A stretch of 62,352 nt of DNA from a virus (IMGVR_UViG_3300020021_000009:1-62352); one strand, 5' to 3'; counted from the stretch's first letter, positions 1 through 9,353 are shown. Numbers and translations are program-made. Notes: generated by a model not told the origin, from the sequence alone.

Positions 1-126
1 GACGCCGCTGGGGCCGCCGCTGGGGACGCCGCTGGGGACGCCGCTGGGGACGCCGCTGGGGCCGCCGCTCGGGCCGCCGCTGGGGACGCCGCTCGGGCCG
101 CCGCTTGGGACGCCGCTTGGGCCGCC
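1..126 (+). repeat. 12-bp tandem repeat G(A/C)CGCCGCT(T/G/C)GG
   Basis: Ten consecutive units visible at the start. Confidence 0.95.
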
Positions 127-207
127 TTGGCCCCCACCGTCACCACACTCCAGGCCAGCGCCATCGACCTCCTCGACCGCATGATCCGAGCAGTCCCGCA
201 GGACTGA
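1..207 (+). CDS. 3' part of tetrapeptide-repeat protein (probably continues from 61760 across the contig junction)
   Basis: Frame +1 reads DAAGAAAGDAAG...AAAWDAAWAALAPTVTTLQASAIDLLDRMIRAVPQD*; same 12-bp repeat as the window end. Confidence 0.8.
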   Translation, partial: DAAGAAAGDAAGDAAGDAAGAAARAAAGDAARAAAWDAAWAALAPTVTTLQASAIDLLDRMIRAVPQD

Positions 208-239
208 TCAACCTCTGACCCGGAAGGATCACAGTGACC
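204..239 (+). repeat. 36-bp direct repeat, copy of 61730..61765, containing RBS and GTG start
   Basis: CTGATCAACCTCTGACCCGGAAGGATCA(C/T)AGTGACC, 1 mismatch. Confidence 0.9.
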
Positions 240-737
240 GACGAACTGAACCTGCACAAGCTGGTCCGCGACACCGCGAACGAGTTCCCGGAGACGGCCG
301 ACCCCGGCATCCTGGCCGACAAGGTGTTCGACCTGATCCCGGCCGACCAGTACGCCGCTGTGGTCCGGACCATGCTGCGCTCCTACGTGCGCCGGGTGAT
401 GACGGAGGGGCGCGGGGCGTTCGCACCCGTCCAGCCGCCGCTGGCCACGCTGCCGAAGCAGAGCGCGCCCCGGTCGCGGTACATGGACGACATGCGCGCC
501 GGTATCTGGCGGGCCCGGCTGGGAGAGCGTACGCACGGCGCCAACGGGTGGCTGCTGCTGGGCGACTGCACGCATGCGGACCTGGTGGCGGCAGCGGAGG
601 AGCGGCGCAACCTGGCCGTGGCCAACGCCCGCGCCGCCGGTACCTACGACCGGCTGGCCGCGCTGCTCACGGCACACGCCGTACAGATCGTGTCCAATCT
701 TCCGGAGTCGGCCCTGGCGGAAGCGCTGGCCGACTGA
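234..737 (+). CDS. hypothetical protein
   Basis: GAAGGA RBS, GTG start, GC3-rich codons. Confidence 0.75.
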   Translation: MTDELNLHKLVRDTANEFPETADPGILADKVFDLIPADQYAAVVRTMLRSYVRRVMTEGRGAFAPVQPPLATLPKQSAPRSRYMDDMRAGIWRARLGERTHGANGWLLLGDCTHADLVAAAEERRNLAVANARAAGTYDRLAALLTAHAVQIVSNLPESALAEALAD

Positions 738-912
738 CACCCCACAGACTCCACGTGGTCCCGTGCGTGCGCTGCGGGCCGTCCGGCAAGCCTGCGCTGC
801 CCGGGTCCGACTGGTCCGCCGGGCACCGCCACGCGGACGCCCTGCGGGTCACCGCGAAGGAGATCCTCAAAGGCCTGTGGCTCGCCTCCCGCGACGCCCG
901 CTGACCGACCGA

Positions 913-945
913 CGGCCCCGTTCCCGATCACTGGGAGCGGGGCCG
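913..945 (+). terminator. GC-rich hairpin, putative terminator
   Basis: CGGCCCCGTTCCC-N7-GGGAGCGGGGCCG. Confidence 0.55.
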
Positions 946-1005
946 GCGCACGTTCGGGAACCGGTTCGACCAAATCCCCCGAACCCCTTCCGCCGGAGCC
1001 CGGTA

Positions 1006-1025
1006 ACTGATTTAATTAAATCAGT
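1006..1025. promoter_or_regulatory. recurrent operator-like site, perfect 20-bp palindrome
   Basis: ACTGATTTAATTAAATCAGT upstream of gene 1052. Confidence 0.85.
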
Positions 1026-1051
1026 AAGCAGGAACAGCGGAGGAGAGAACG

Positions 1052-1384
1052 ATGACGGAGAGTGTGAAGTGCCAGGGGTGCGGACGGAAGCTGACGGCAG
1101 CTCGGAGCATCGCCGACGGCAGGGGTCGCACCTGCGCACGGAAGCTGCGCACGGCAGCCGCTGCCGCCTCCCTGACGGTGAAGCCGGAAACGGTGGCCAA
1201 GGCCGTGGAGCTGCTCGCGGACGGCGGCCTGGTCCGCATCCGCCCGACCGTTTTCAAGTCCGCGTCCAGCGACGGTAGCCGGGTCTACCGGACGGCGCCG
1301 CAGGGGTGCACCTGCCCCGCCGGGATCCGTGGGAAGTACCTGTGCTACCACCGCGTAGCCGCAGCCATCGCGCTCGCGGCCTGA
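1052..1384 (+). CDS. zinc-finger protein (N-terminal CxxC, C-terminal SWIM-like)
   Basis: CQGCGRKL...GRTC and CTCPAG...CYH; GGAG RBS. Confidence 0.75.
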   Translation: MTESVKCQGCGRKLTAARSIADGRGRTCARKLRTAAAAASLTVKPETVAKAVELLADGGLVRIRPTVFKSASSDGSRVYRTAPQGCTCPAGIRGKYLCYHRVAAAIALAA

Positions 1385-1398
1385 GAGGAGAACGACCG

Positions 1399-1674
1399 AT
1401 GGACAGGGTCCGAGAAGTCCATGCGGAGGTCCGAGTGGACCTGGACCGCTCACTGAGGAGAACGGTCACCGGGCCGTCCGGCGGCCCCCGTGTCGTCTAC
1501 GGCCTGCGTATCAGCTACCAGCGCGGGGCCCTCCGGGCGACGGACCGGTCATTCGTGACGGTGGAGTGCCGTGACGGCGCGTTCCTGCTCACCGGTCCCC
1601 GGCCGCAGTGGGTCACGGAGCTCGTGGCGAGCCTCCGTCCGGACACAATGCTGGACCGCGTCCGCGCGGCCTGA
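1399..1674 (+). CDS. hypothetical protein bracketed by 23-bp direct repeats
   Basis: GAGGAG RBS; repeats at 1375..1397 and 1665..1687. Confidence 0.65.
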   Translation: MDRVREVHAEVRVDLDRSLRRTVTGPSGGPRVVYGLRISYQRGALRATDRSFVTVECRDGAFLLTGPRPQWVTELVASLRPDTMLDRVRAA

Positions 1675-1687
1675 GAGGAGAACGACC

Positions 1688-2860
1688 ATGGACAGCGAGA
1701 TCACCGTCGCCGAGCGGGCCGAAGCGCTCCGGATCCTGGAAATGGACAACGAGGGGGCCGGGATGGACAACCACACCCGTGCCTACTTCGGGTTCGTCGC
1801 CTACGACGTCCCCGGGGTCCACCCGGTCCGCAGCGTGACCGGGGGCATCATCGGGTACCGGCGCGACTCTGTCACGGCAGACATCGACAGGTTCACGGCG
1901 AAGGAGGCGGAGCACCTGGCCGCTGCGGAGCGGGCGGACGGCGCGGAGATGCGCGGTGCCCATGAGGCCGTGGCCCAGAACTACCGGCTGGCCCGGCTGA
2001 CCCGTGAGGTGGACGCGCGGTACGACGCACAGACCTACCTGGTGGCCGCGCAGGGCTGGGAGAACCTGATGACCGATCAGGGCCACCGGGCCGTCTACAC
2101 GGGCAAGTCCCAGGGGTTGTGGCCGCGCGAGCGGGCGCAGCGGGACGCGGCGGAGACGGAGGAGGCGGCAGCCCGGCTGCTGGCAGTGGCGCGGCAGAAC
2201 CGGGACAAGCGGTTGCTGCGCGAGGCCACGGCCAAGGACGCTGCCGCGATGACGGACACCGAACTGGACGCGGCGGTCAAGGCGACCGCTGCGGACGACA
2301 CGACCCGGTTCCTGGTCCTGGTCCATGAGCGGGACAAGAGGTCGGCGGTCGTCCGCAGGGCGAAGTCCAAGGCGCAGCGCACCCCCGCGTCCACAGACCC
2401 GTGGACGGCGGCGGAGGAGCGGATGATGGCCGCTACGGCGGCGCAGACGGCCGGGATGGACCTGGGACAGCTCCAGGGCTACCGGGACGCGTTCGCGCCC
2501 AGCAACCTGTCCGGTCGCACCCGCATGGACCAGCTCAAGTACGAGTCCATCATCCGGGAGCTGGACAGGCGCGAGGCCGCCCGGGTCGCGGCCCAGGAAC
2601 TGCTGACGTCCCTTCCTGTCCTGCGCAAGGACTCCGGGTCCTTCGGTCCGATGCGCGACCAGGGCTCCCAGTGGGCCATGGACCCGGCGGACCGCCGACG
2701 TCTGGGACGGCTGGACCTGGCCGCGCTGGTCGCGTTGAAGGACTCCGTGACGGCCGCACTGGACGCGGGGCAGCCGACCCGGGAGCAGCGCACGGCCGTC
2801 TCCCGCTACCTGCGCGCCGTCCGTGACCGCATCGCTGTCCGGAAGGCAGAGCAGCGGTGA
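1688..2860 (+). CDS. hypothetical alpha-helical protein
   Basis: GAGGAG RBS before ATG 1688; long ORF with coding-like composition. Confidence 0.75.
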   Translation: MDSEITVAERAEALRILEMDNEGAGMDNHTRAYFGFVAYDVPGVHPVRSVTGGIIGYRRDSVTADIDRFTAKEAEHLAAAERADGAEMRGAHEAVAQNYRLARLTREVDARYDAQTYLVAAQGWENLMTDQGHRAVYTGKSQGLWPRERAQRDAAETEEAAARLLAVARQNRDKRLLREATAKDAAAMTDTELDAAVKATAADDTTRFLVLVHERDKRSAVVRRAKSKAQRTPASTDPWTAAEERMMAATAAQTAGMDLGQLQGYRDAFAPSNLSGRTRMDQLKYESIIRELDRREAARVAAQELLTSLPVLRKDSGSFGPMRDQGSQWAMDPADRRRLGRLDLAALVALKDSVTAALDAGQPTREQRTAVSRYLRAVRDRIAVRKAEQR

Positions 2861-3456
2861 CCGTGGACGTCTGGCCCCTGACCAAGGAACAGCGCCGCGC
2901 GCTGGCGGTGTCGGACATCGCCTGCGGCACCCCGGAGGGCTACCGGCTGCACCGGCACCAGCACACCGACCCGTGCCCGCCGTGCGCCTGGGCCTGGGAC
3001 GCAAGCCCCGGCTGCACCCCGGTACCGCGCCGGATCTGCGGAACGAACGAGGGGTGGACCGCGCACCGCAAGCGGTTGGAGTGGCCGTGCGGGCGCTGTG
3101 CGGAGGCGCGCGAGCAGCACGCCCTGGATCTGTGCGGGAGCTACGCCGGATGGATGCTGCACCGCAACAGCGGCACCGTCGTCTGTGACCGGTGCCGGGA
3201 CGCGAACCGGCGCTACACGGCCGCGCGCGGGGAGCGGTCCGGGGGACGGCGGTACCGGACCCTGTCCGGCCGACTGCTCCGGGAACGGGGCGCCGGGGCG
3301 GTCCTGGTCTGCACCCGGCCCGGCTTCACCGGACGTGCCGTGTCCTACGCCCCGCGCAGCCTGCGCGACAAGTACCCGTGGATGGTCGACCCCGGCCTCC
3401 ACATATCGGCCCGCGAGGTGCTGGCCGTCCGCCCAGAGAACGGAACCGCGTCATGA
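2857..3456 (+). CDS. protein with three CGTxxGY/WxxH..CxxC zinc-binding repeats
   Basis: Motif repeated three times; GTGA coupling to previous gene. Confidence 0.7.
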   Translation: MTVDVWPLTKEQRRALAVSDIACGTPEGYRLHRHQHTDPCPPCAWAWDASPGCTPVPRRICGTNEGWTAHRKRLEWPCGRCAEAREQHALDLCGSYAGWMLHRNSGTVVCDRCRDANRRYTAARGERSGGRRYRTLSGRLLRERGAGAVLVCTRPGFTGRAVSYAPRSLRDKYPWMVDPGLHISAREVLAVRPENGTAS

Positions 3457-3677
3457 CGAACCTTCCCGCCGACGGCTTCACCGTCCATCTCACCCACTGC
3501 ACCCAGGGCTGCGACGTCCGGCTGGACGGCACCGGTCCGCTGTGCGCGGACGGCCAGCGGGAGCTGGATGCCGTGGACTGGGGCGCGCGCGCACGGGCCA
3601 TGAACATGGTCGCGGCCCTGGACGGAACACGCCGTGGGCGGGCCAACGCCGCGGCCCGCCGGAGCGCGGCGGCCTGA
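3453..3677 (+). CDS. small hypothetical protein
   Basis: ATGA coupling; MTNLPADGF... Confidence 0.55.
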   Translation: MTNLPADGFTVHLTHCTQGCDVRLDGTGPLCADGQRELDAVDWGARARAMNMVAALDGTRRGRANAAARRSAAA

Positions 3678-3678
3678 C

Positions 3679-4116
3679 CTAGCCCACCGACGGCGGGGAT
3701 GTGATGAACTCCGCACAGCCCAGCGCGTCGTAACCGCCCCGGATGACCATGACCGCGTGATCGTACGCGGCCCGGTCCGGGGCGGCTGCGCGTGCGGCGG
3801 AGGTCTCCGTGGAGATCAGCAGGGTGTACAGCGGGCAGAGGCTGTTCCGCCGGGTGGTGGTCTGCGAGGTGTCCAGCCGGTCCGTCAGCGTGTGCACCTG
3901 GACCAGGGCGAGGCCGAGCACCGCGGACAGCACGACGTCCATCGCGACGGCCACGGAGACCACGACGATCCGCCGCCCCTTGCTCCGGTCGCGCCGGTTC
4001 AGCGACACGATCTCCGCCCCGTTGGCGCGGGCGAGTTCCGCGTACTCCTCAGCGATCCCCGCAGCGCGCTCCGCCAGCGCCACCAGCTTGTCCGCCGCGT
4101 CACTCTCCGGACTCAT
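3679..4116 (-). CDS. membrane protein (one TM), possibly lysis-associated
   Basis: Hydrophobic IVVVSVAVAMDVVLSAVLGLALV; purine-rich RBS. Confidence 0.65.
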   Translation of the reverse strand: MSPESDAADKLVALAERAAGIAEEYAELARANGAEIVSLNRRDRSKGRRIVVVSVAVAMDVVLSAVLGLALVQVHTLTDRLDTSQTTTRRNSLCPLYTLLISTETSAARAAAPDRAAYDHAVMVIRGGYDALGCAEFITSPPSVG

Positions 4117-4279
4117 GGCCGTCCCCCTCTTCGCGCTCCAGGACCGCTGCCCGCAGGGCCCGTGCTTCGCGCAGCAGGTCCGCAGTGAACCCGGTCAGCT
4201 CCGCCCCGGACTCCGCCAGGACGCGCCGTAGCTGCTCAGCCCTCAGGATCACCGGGTCCCCCGCGCTGGTGCCGGACAT
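4100..4279 (-). CDS. small hypothetical protein
   Basis: MSGTSAGDPVIL...; fills the gap between two minus-strand genes. Confidence 0.55.
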   Translation of the reverse strand: MSGTSAGDPVILRAEQLRRVLAESGAELTGFTADLLREARALRAAVLEREEGDGHESGE

Positions 4280-4283
4280 GCGG

Positions 4284-4586
4284 TCAGCTCCTGCGGAGCG
4301 CGGCCAGCGCGTCCGCCACGGCACGGGAGGACTCCCCGATAGCCGTGTTCGCCTTGACGATCGTATTGACATAGCCATCCTGCACCGCCCTGTTCAACTG
4401 CGAAAGCTCCGACTCGAAACGGTCGGCGCGTGCCTGGGCCGCATCACGGTCGGCGACCAGGCGGGCGGTCTCCTGGTCGTGGTCCTCCTCCATGCGTGTG
4501 AACAGCGACTTGATGGTGACTCCGGCGATGACGGCTATCAGGCCGGCCACCCCGGACTGGAGCAGGATCTGTACGACAGGGTCCAC
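4284..4586 (-). CDS. membrane protein with TM and coiled coil (holin-like)
   Basis: N-terminal TM GVAGLIAVIAGVTI then coiled coil; AAGGAGG RBS. Confidence 0.65.
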   Translation of the reverse strand: MDPVVQILLQSGVAGLIAVIAGVTIKSLFTRMEEDHDQETARLVADRDAAQARADRFESELSQLNRAVQDGYVNTIVKANTAIGESSRAVADALAALRRS

Positions 4587-4662
4587 GGTCCTCCTTCCGC
4601 CTGCCGTGCATTGTGCCGGAAAAAGATGTTGGACCCGTCATCCGCCGACCGCCCGGAACCGT

Positions 4663-4676
4663 GGTTTAATTAAATC
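4663..4676. promoter_or_regulatory. recurrent operator-like site
   Basis: GGTTTAATTAAATC between divergent genes. Confidence 0.8.
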
Positions 4677-4699
4677 AGTAGGACGAAACGACGGAGGAC

Positions 4700-5053
4700 A
4701 TGGTGACCGCAGCAGGGACCCGGACAGCCAACCGGCTCCAGTCCGTGAAAGATGCGCTGGCGCTCGCTCTCGCCAACGGCTGGGAGCGCACGCCCGGCAA
4801 GCCCAACTCGGTCATGCGGGCGGTGGAGCACCGGACCCCGGAGCGCATCACCAAGAACTGGTGGCCCGGTGAGACGTACACCTCGTGCGAGTGGGTCAGC
4901 TTCCTGGTGTTCGACGGCGGGGCGCGGATCACCGCGTTCCACGACACCTCGCGCTGCCCGTGGGTCATCCGGCAGGACCGGAAGGTGTCGCTCAAGCGGG
5001 CCCTGGAGATCCTGTCCGACCCGGGACTGTCCGACGCCCACACGAACCACTGA
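4700..5053 (+). CDS. hypothetical protein
   Basis: GGAGG RBS, downstream of the operator-like site. Confidence 0.65.
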   Translation: MVTAAGTRTANRLQSVKDALALALANGWERTPGKPNSVMRAVEHRTPERITKNWWPGETYTSCEWVSFLVFDGGARITAFHDTSRCPWVIRQDRKVSLKRALEILSDPGLSDAHTNH

Positions 5054-5088
5054 CCTTCCCGCGCGCCACCCGAACGACGGAGGACACC

Positions 5089-5310
5089 GTGAGCACACAC
5101 AGGTGCTGCCCGAACGGCAGCGAGACCATCGCGAGCTACCCGGCCGGAGCCACGGTGTCGCAGCCGCGCGCGGACGAGTACGCGCGCGGCCACCGTGCGC
5201 ACGTCCACTACGACCCGGACACCGACACGTTCACCGTGGCGCGCGCACTGCCCGCGATGCCTGCCGGGACGTGGACCGCACCAGCGGCCTACGCCGCGTT
5301 CGGACGCTGA
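5089..5310 (+). CDS. small hypothetical protein
   Basis: GGAGG RBS, GTG start. Confidence 0.55.
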   Translation: MSTHRCCPNGSETIASYPAGATVSQPRADEYARGHRAHVHYDPDTDTFTVARALPAMPAGTWTAPAAYAAFGR

Positions 5311-5372
5311 CCCTCACGCTTCCGCCACATGCGGAGCACACTCACAGCAGGTATACCGCCAGGGAGGACACC

Positions 5373-5621
5373 GTGGACCCGTCGTCGCACCCGAGGACCG
5401 CACCGATCACCGGGGACGCGGACGACCCGGTCCGCGTCCCCGTCCAGCCCATGCTGCGCACGCTGCCGTACTACGGGGCGGAGCAGCGGTGGGTGTTCCA
5501 CCAGTCTCTGTGTCCCACCTGCGGCGGCCAGGGCTGCTTCCCCTGCCCGGTGGGCGGGGCGCTCGCCATCGACGTGGAGAACGCCATCCTGTCCATGCGC
5601 GCGTCCGCGCGGATGAACTGA
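5373..5621 (+). CDS. small Cys-rich hypothetical protein
   Basis: GGAGG RBS; HQSLCPTC...CFPCPVG. Confidence 0.55.
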   Translation: MDPSSHPRTAPITGDADDPVRVPVQPMLRTLPYYGAEQRWVFHQSLCPTCGGQGCFPCPVGGALAIDVENAILSMRASARMN

Positions 5622-6088
5622 TGGGCCGCGCAGCCAACGGGGTAGCGGACCAGATCCCCGCCTGGCACGCCCGCGCCTACTGCCGGTGGGCCGGCGAGCA
5701 CTGGACGCTGTTCTTCCCCCGTACCGGGATGCCGGGGCGGGCGACGGCGGACGCCGCGTACGACGGCTACTGCGGACTGTGCCCGGTCCGGGTGCAGTGC
5801 CTGGAGGCCGCGATGGCTGGGGGCGAGTCAGGGGTGTGGGCGGGCACCACGGACGACGACCGGCGCAAGCTGTCCCGGATCCGGGGCCGCTCGAAGTGCC
5901 CGGTCTGCCTGTCCGGGGACCCGGTCCAGATCGTGGCGGGGCGCCGGAACGGGAGGGTGGTCGTGGACCAGATCTGCCGGGCCTGCGGCCACTCCTGGAA
6001 GGCGGAGACCAACGCGTCGCCCCCGCTGCCCGGGTCGCTGAACGACCGCCGCCGCGAGCAGCGGGCCCGGAAGGCGGTGGCGTCGTGA
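5621..6088 (+). CDS. whiB: WhiB-family transcriptional regulator with C-terminal zinc ribbon
   Basis: W...AYC...LFFP...CGLCPVRVQCL...GVWAG..DDDRR; extra CxxC..CxxC. Confidence 0.85.
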   Translation: MGRAANGVADQIPAWHARAYCRWAGEHWTLFFPRTGMPGRATADAAYDGYCGLCPVRVQCLEAAMAGGESGVWAGTTDDDRRKLSRIRGRSKCPVCLSGDPVQIVAGRRNGRVVVDQICRACGHSWKAETNASPPLPGSLNDRRREQRARKAVAS

Positions 6089-6285
6089 CCGTTCCCCTGG
6101 GAGCTGTCGACCTGGCCCGCCGCGCGTCCGAACTGCGCGAGCTCCTCACGTGCAAGCGTGAGGCCCTGTCGTGGGCCGACTACCAGATAGACGCGCTGGT
6201 CCGGCGTGTCGAGGAAATCGAGACCGCCGCCCTGGCGCTCTCCGACCGGAAGGCCGTACCGTGCGCATCCGACCCGCAGCCGTAG
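6085..6285 (+). CDS. small hypothetical protein
   Basis: GTGA coupling. Confidence 0.5.
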   Translation: MTVPLGAVDLARRASELRELLTCKREALSWADYQIDALVRRVEEIETAALALSDRKAVPCASDPQP

Positions 6286-6605
6286 CGCTGCCCGTGCTCC
6301 TGCTGGCCGCCGTCCTGACGGCCTGCGGTCCCGGGGGTGCGCCGCTGTACCCGGCCCCCGTCCCCACCTCCGCAGCGCCGTCCGCGGCCCCGCCCGCCGA
6401 CACGTCCGCGAGTGGGCAGGTCCAGGGCTGCGAGACGGCCCTGGTCGCCCAGTTCTCCGGGACGGCGCCGGATCCTGACTACGTCCCCGACGTGTGCGAC
6501 GGCCTGGACCAGGACACGCTGCTGTCGCTGGGGACCGAAGCCCTGGAGACCGTGGAGGACAGCATCATCACCTCCGCCTTCCCCACGGACATGACGTACC
6601 CCTAG
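6261..6605 (+). CDS. lipoprotein
   Basis: Signal peptide with lipobox LTA-C, Pro/Ala linker, Cys pair. Confidence 0.7.
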   Translation: MRIRPAAVALPVLLLAAVLTACGPGGAPLYPAPVPTSAAPSAAPPADTSASGQVQGCETALVAQFSGTAPDPDYVPDVCDGLDQDTLLSLGTEALETVEDSIITSAFPTDMTYP

Positions 6606-7675
6606 GCGGAGGCGGCCCTGACGGGGGCGCCCCGCTGGATCTCCAGCGCGTCGCTCCACGCCTCCAGCCAGCGCCACGCCTGGAGCTCGATCCTCAGATC
6701 CGCCACCGCGGCCCGTCCGGACTCCCCGAGTTCGAGGCGGGCCGCTTCACTGCGGTGCAGCCGGGACAGCTCCCGGTACCAGCGCCGCGGCGTGTCCGCG
6801 AGCACCCCGGCCCCGCGGGCGTGCAGCCGGGCGTACTCCGGCCGGGGGGAAGCGACCCAGGGCACGCCCACGCCGGACATCTCCAGCGGCTTGAGCCAGC
6901 TCTTCGCCCGGTTGAAGCGGGTGTCGGCCAGGGGCGAGACACCGATGCCGAGCAGGGAGACGGCCAGCGGCCAGTCCTCCAGCGGCACGTTACCGAGCCC
7001 GACCGGGTCCCGCCCGCCGGGCAGGCCGAAAGCGGCCCCGGTCCCGGTGGGGTCGCCCGCGATACGGAAGTCCGCGCCGTCGGAGACCATGCGGGCCACC
7101 GCCCCGCCCGTGACGCCGGGGTCGTCGGGGTGGGAGTGCAGCGACGCCGGCCAGCCGATCAGACCGCTGTCCGTGTGCGGGGTGCTGTAGAACTTCTCCG
7201 GCAGGGCGTTGTACAGCACACGTCCCCTGCCGTGCGGGGCGTAGGCACCCAGCAGCGCGGACGTGGACACGGTCACCATCGTGGCGTCCCCGCAGGCCTT
7301 GGCGAGGTGCGACCAGGAGTGCGCCCCGCCCCCGGCAGGGTGCATGTCCCGGAAGGCCGGATTGCGCGGGTGGATGGCGCCCAGGTCGTCGTCCATGTCA
7401 ACGACCACGGCAATGCCCTTGGACCGCAGGATGCCCACCGCCTGGGCCATCAGGGGGTGGGTGATGCGCTGGAGCACGATCACGTCGGCGTCGTCCTCCG
7501 GCCGTCCCATGACGTCGGCCACCACGTTGTCGTCGTCCACCTTGAGCTGGAAGTCCCGGTGCTCTGGAGTGACCACGGTGACGTCGTGGCCCTGCCGCCG
7601 GAGCGCCTGCGCGGGCCAGATGAGCCGGTACATGCCACAACCATGAAGATCAGCGGGATAGATCTTGACACGCAT
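6602..7675 (-). CDS. glycosyltransferase (GT-B/GT4-like)
   Basis: GCGMYRLIWP, VVVDMDDDL, IGW, PLADTRFNRAKSWLKPLE..GVP.VASP. Confidence 0.85.
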   Translation of the reverse strand: MRVKIYPADLHGCGMYRLIWPAQALRRQGHDVTVVTPEHRDFQLKVDDDNVVADVMGRPEDDADVIVLQRITHPLMAQAVGILRSKGIAVVVDMDDDLGAIHPRNPAFRDMHPAGGGAHSWSHLAKACGDATMVTVSTSALLGAYAPHGRGRVLYNALPEKFYSTPHTDSGLIGWPASLHSHPDDPGVTGGAVARMVSDGADFRIAGDPTGTGAAFGLPGGRDPVGLGNVPLEDWPLAVSLLGIGVSPLADTRFNRAKSWLKPLEMSGVGVPWVASPRPEYARLHARGAGVLADTPRRWYRELSRLHRSEAARLELGESGRAAVADLRIELQAWRWLEAWSDALEIQRGAPVRAASA

Positions 7676-7677
7676 TC

Positions 7678-8034
7678 TCAGGCCTCCGGGTCCACGGGGA
7701 CGGTGCTCACCCCGGCATCGTAGGCGGTCCCCGCACCCTTGGCCGTCCGCCCCACGGAGACCGCTCCGCCCCCGGGGTCGGGGTCGGGGGCGTCCGGCAC
7801 GTCCGGCCATACGGCGGGGGTGTTCAGGTACACGGTGAACGCCTGGGTGACGTCGGTGTCCGTGAGCAGCCCCTTGTCCACCAGCAGTTTGACCAGGACG
7901 CAGACCATGCCCAGGATCAGGTTGAGCTTGATCCGCTCCGTCCGCTCCTCCAGGCCGATGTCCTCGCCCATCCCCCGGCCCACCGCGCGGGCCACGGCGC
8001 GCAGGGACTGGGCGTACTGCCGCACCGTGGTCAC
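7678..8034 (-). CDS. hypothetical protein
   Basis: GTGA coupling with upstream tail gene; VTTVRQYAQSL... Confidence 0.6.
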   Translation of the reverse strand: MTTVRQYAQSLRAVARAVGRGMGEDIGLEERTERIKLNLILGMVCVLVKLLVDKGLLTDTDVTQAFTVYLNTPAVWPDVPDAPDPDPGGGAVSVGRTAKGAGTAYDAGVSTVPVDPEA

Positions 8035-8561
8035 AGCGGGAACACCCCGATCCGGCGGTCCAGGAACGATCCGGTGGAGGTGCTCACCCGGTACTTGAGC
8101 GTGAACGTGTTCGTCCCGGCGGTGAGCCCGGTCAACAGGAACGCCCCGGAAACCCGGGCCCCGACCGCTCCGGCGGGCAGGCCCACGGAGGCAGCGTCCG
8201 CGGCGGCCACCGCGGACGCCCCGCCGACCGCCACGGAGACCAGGGAGAAACCGGACCCGGAGTTGGCGATGGAGGACGCCACGACCACCAGGGCGGATGT
8301 CCCGGTGGCGGCGGAGATGGACGGCCCGGGAGTGGTCAGGTCCACGTACGACGTGGACGTGGTGGTCTCCATCGCCGCGATAGAGGATGCGGAGATCGTC
8401 CGAGCGGCCACCGAGCTGGCCCCGGTGGACACGATCCACTGGTTGGCCGCGGTCGCCTTGGCGGGGGCGGTCTCGTTCAGGTTGTCGCGGACGTACTGGT
8501 TGAACTGGGCCGCGGTGAAGGCGGACCCCGCCACCGCGGTCATGGGGACCGACCAGGCCAT
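8031..8561 (-). CDS. minor tail protein (paralog 2)
   Basis: MAWSVPMTAVAGSAFTAAQFNQYVRDNL; beta-rich; position in tail module. Confidence 0.75.
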   Translation of the reverse strand: MAWSVPMTAVAGSAFTAAQFNQYVRDNLNETAPAKATAANQWIVSTGASSVAARTISASSIAAMETTTSTSYVDLTTPGPSISAATGTSALVVVASSIANSGSGFSLVSVAVGGASAVAAADAASVGLPAGAVGARVSGAFLLTGLTAGTNTFTLKYRVSTSTGSFLDRRIGVFPL

Positions 8562-8573
8562 AGCTGTCTCCGA

Positions 8574-9101
8574 TCAGAGGGGCATGACGATGATGCGGCG
8601 GGAGACGAACGTCCCGGTCCCGGTGGACACCCGGTACTTGGCGGTGAAGGTGTTCACTCCCGGCACCAGACCGGTGATCAGGTCCACCCCGGACGCCAGC
8701 ATGATGTCCGTGTTGGCGTTGCCGATCCCCCGGTTGTCCGCCGCGGCCACGGTGGTAGCCCCGCTGATGTCGTAGGCCATGCGGGTGGACCCGGTCCCGG
8801 TGTTGGACGTGGAGCCGTGCACGACCACCAGTGCCATGGTGCCCGTGGTCGCGGTGACGGCCGGCCCCACGGTGGCCAGGTCCGTGAACGTGGTGCTCGT
8901 GGTGGTCTCCGACACGAGTACGGCCGCCGTCTGCCCCAGCCGCTGCACGATGGAGTTGGGGGCGTCCGCGACAAAGTAGCCGGAGACGGTGGCCGCGTTG
9001 GCGGGGGCGGTCTCCAGCAGGTTGTCCCGGATGCTCTGGTTGAACTGGGCAGCGGTGAAGATCGACCCCGCCACCGCGGTCATGGGTGCTGTCCAGCTCA
9101 A
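8574..9101 (-). CDS. minor tail protein (paralog 1)
   Basis: MSWTAPMTAVAGSIFTAAQFNQSIRDNL; colinear with the adjacent gene. Confidence 0.75.
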   Translation of the reverse strand: MSWTAPMTAVAGSIFTAAQFNQSIRDNLLETAPANAATVSGYFVADAPNSIVQRLGQTAAVLVSETTTSTTFTDLATVGPAVTATTGTMALVVVHGSTSNTGTGSTRMAYDISGATTVAAADNRGIGNANTDIMLASGVDLITGLVPGVNTFTAKYRVSTGTGTFVSRRIIVMPL

Positions 9102-9113
9102 GGCGTTCTCCGA

Positions 9114-9353
9114 TCAGGCGTCGTGGACGGAGGTCTTGCGGGGTGCGCGCTTGCGCGGGGCCGGTTCCGGCACCAGGTCGGCCACGTCGTCCGTCCCGTC
9201 CGGCTGGTCCGGCCACGGCTCCGGGGAGGGGACCGGCTTCGACAGCGAGGCCTCCAACGCCTCCAGCCGGGCGATCAACGGGGGCAGCACCTCTTCCAGG
9301 GCCCCTGTCAGGATCTTCTGCATTTCGTCTCTGATCATTCCTTGAATGGACAT
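9114..9353 (-). CDS. small hypothetical protein
   Basis: GGGAG RBS; fits operon. Confidence 0.6.
   Translation of the reverse strand: MSIQGMIRDEMQKILTGALEEVLPPLIARLEALEASLSKPVPSPEPWPDQPDGTDDVADLVPEPAPRKRAPRKTSVHDA

Noticed and set aside
1-126. 12-bp repeat as a CRISPR array or DGR
   Set aside because: No spacers, cas genes or reverse transcriptase; it is an in-frame coding repeat
548-904. Possible small gene ending at 904
   Set aside because: No convincing start codon or RBS after gene 234..737
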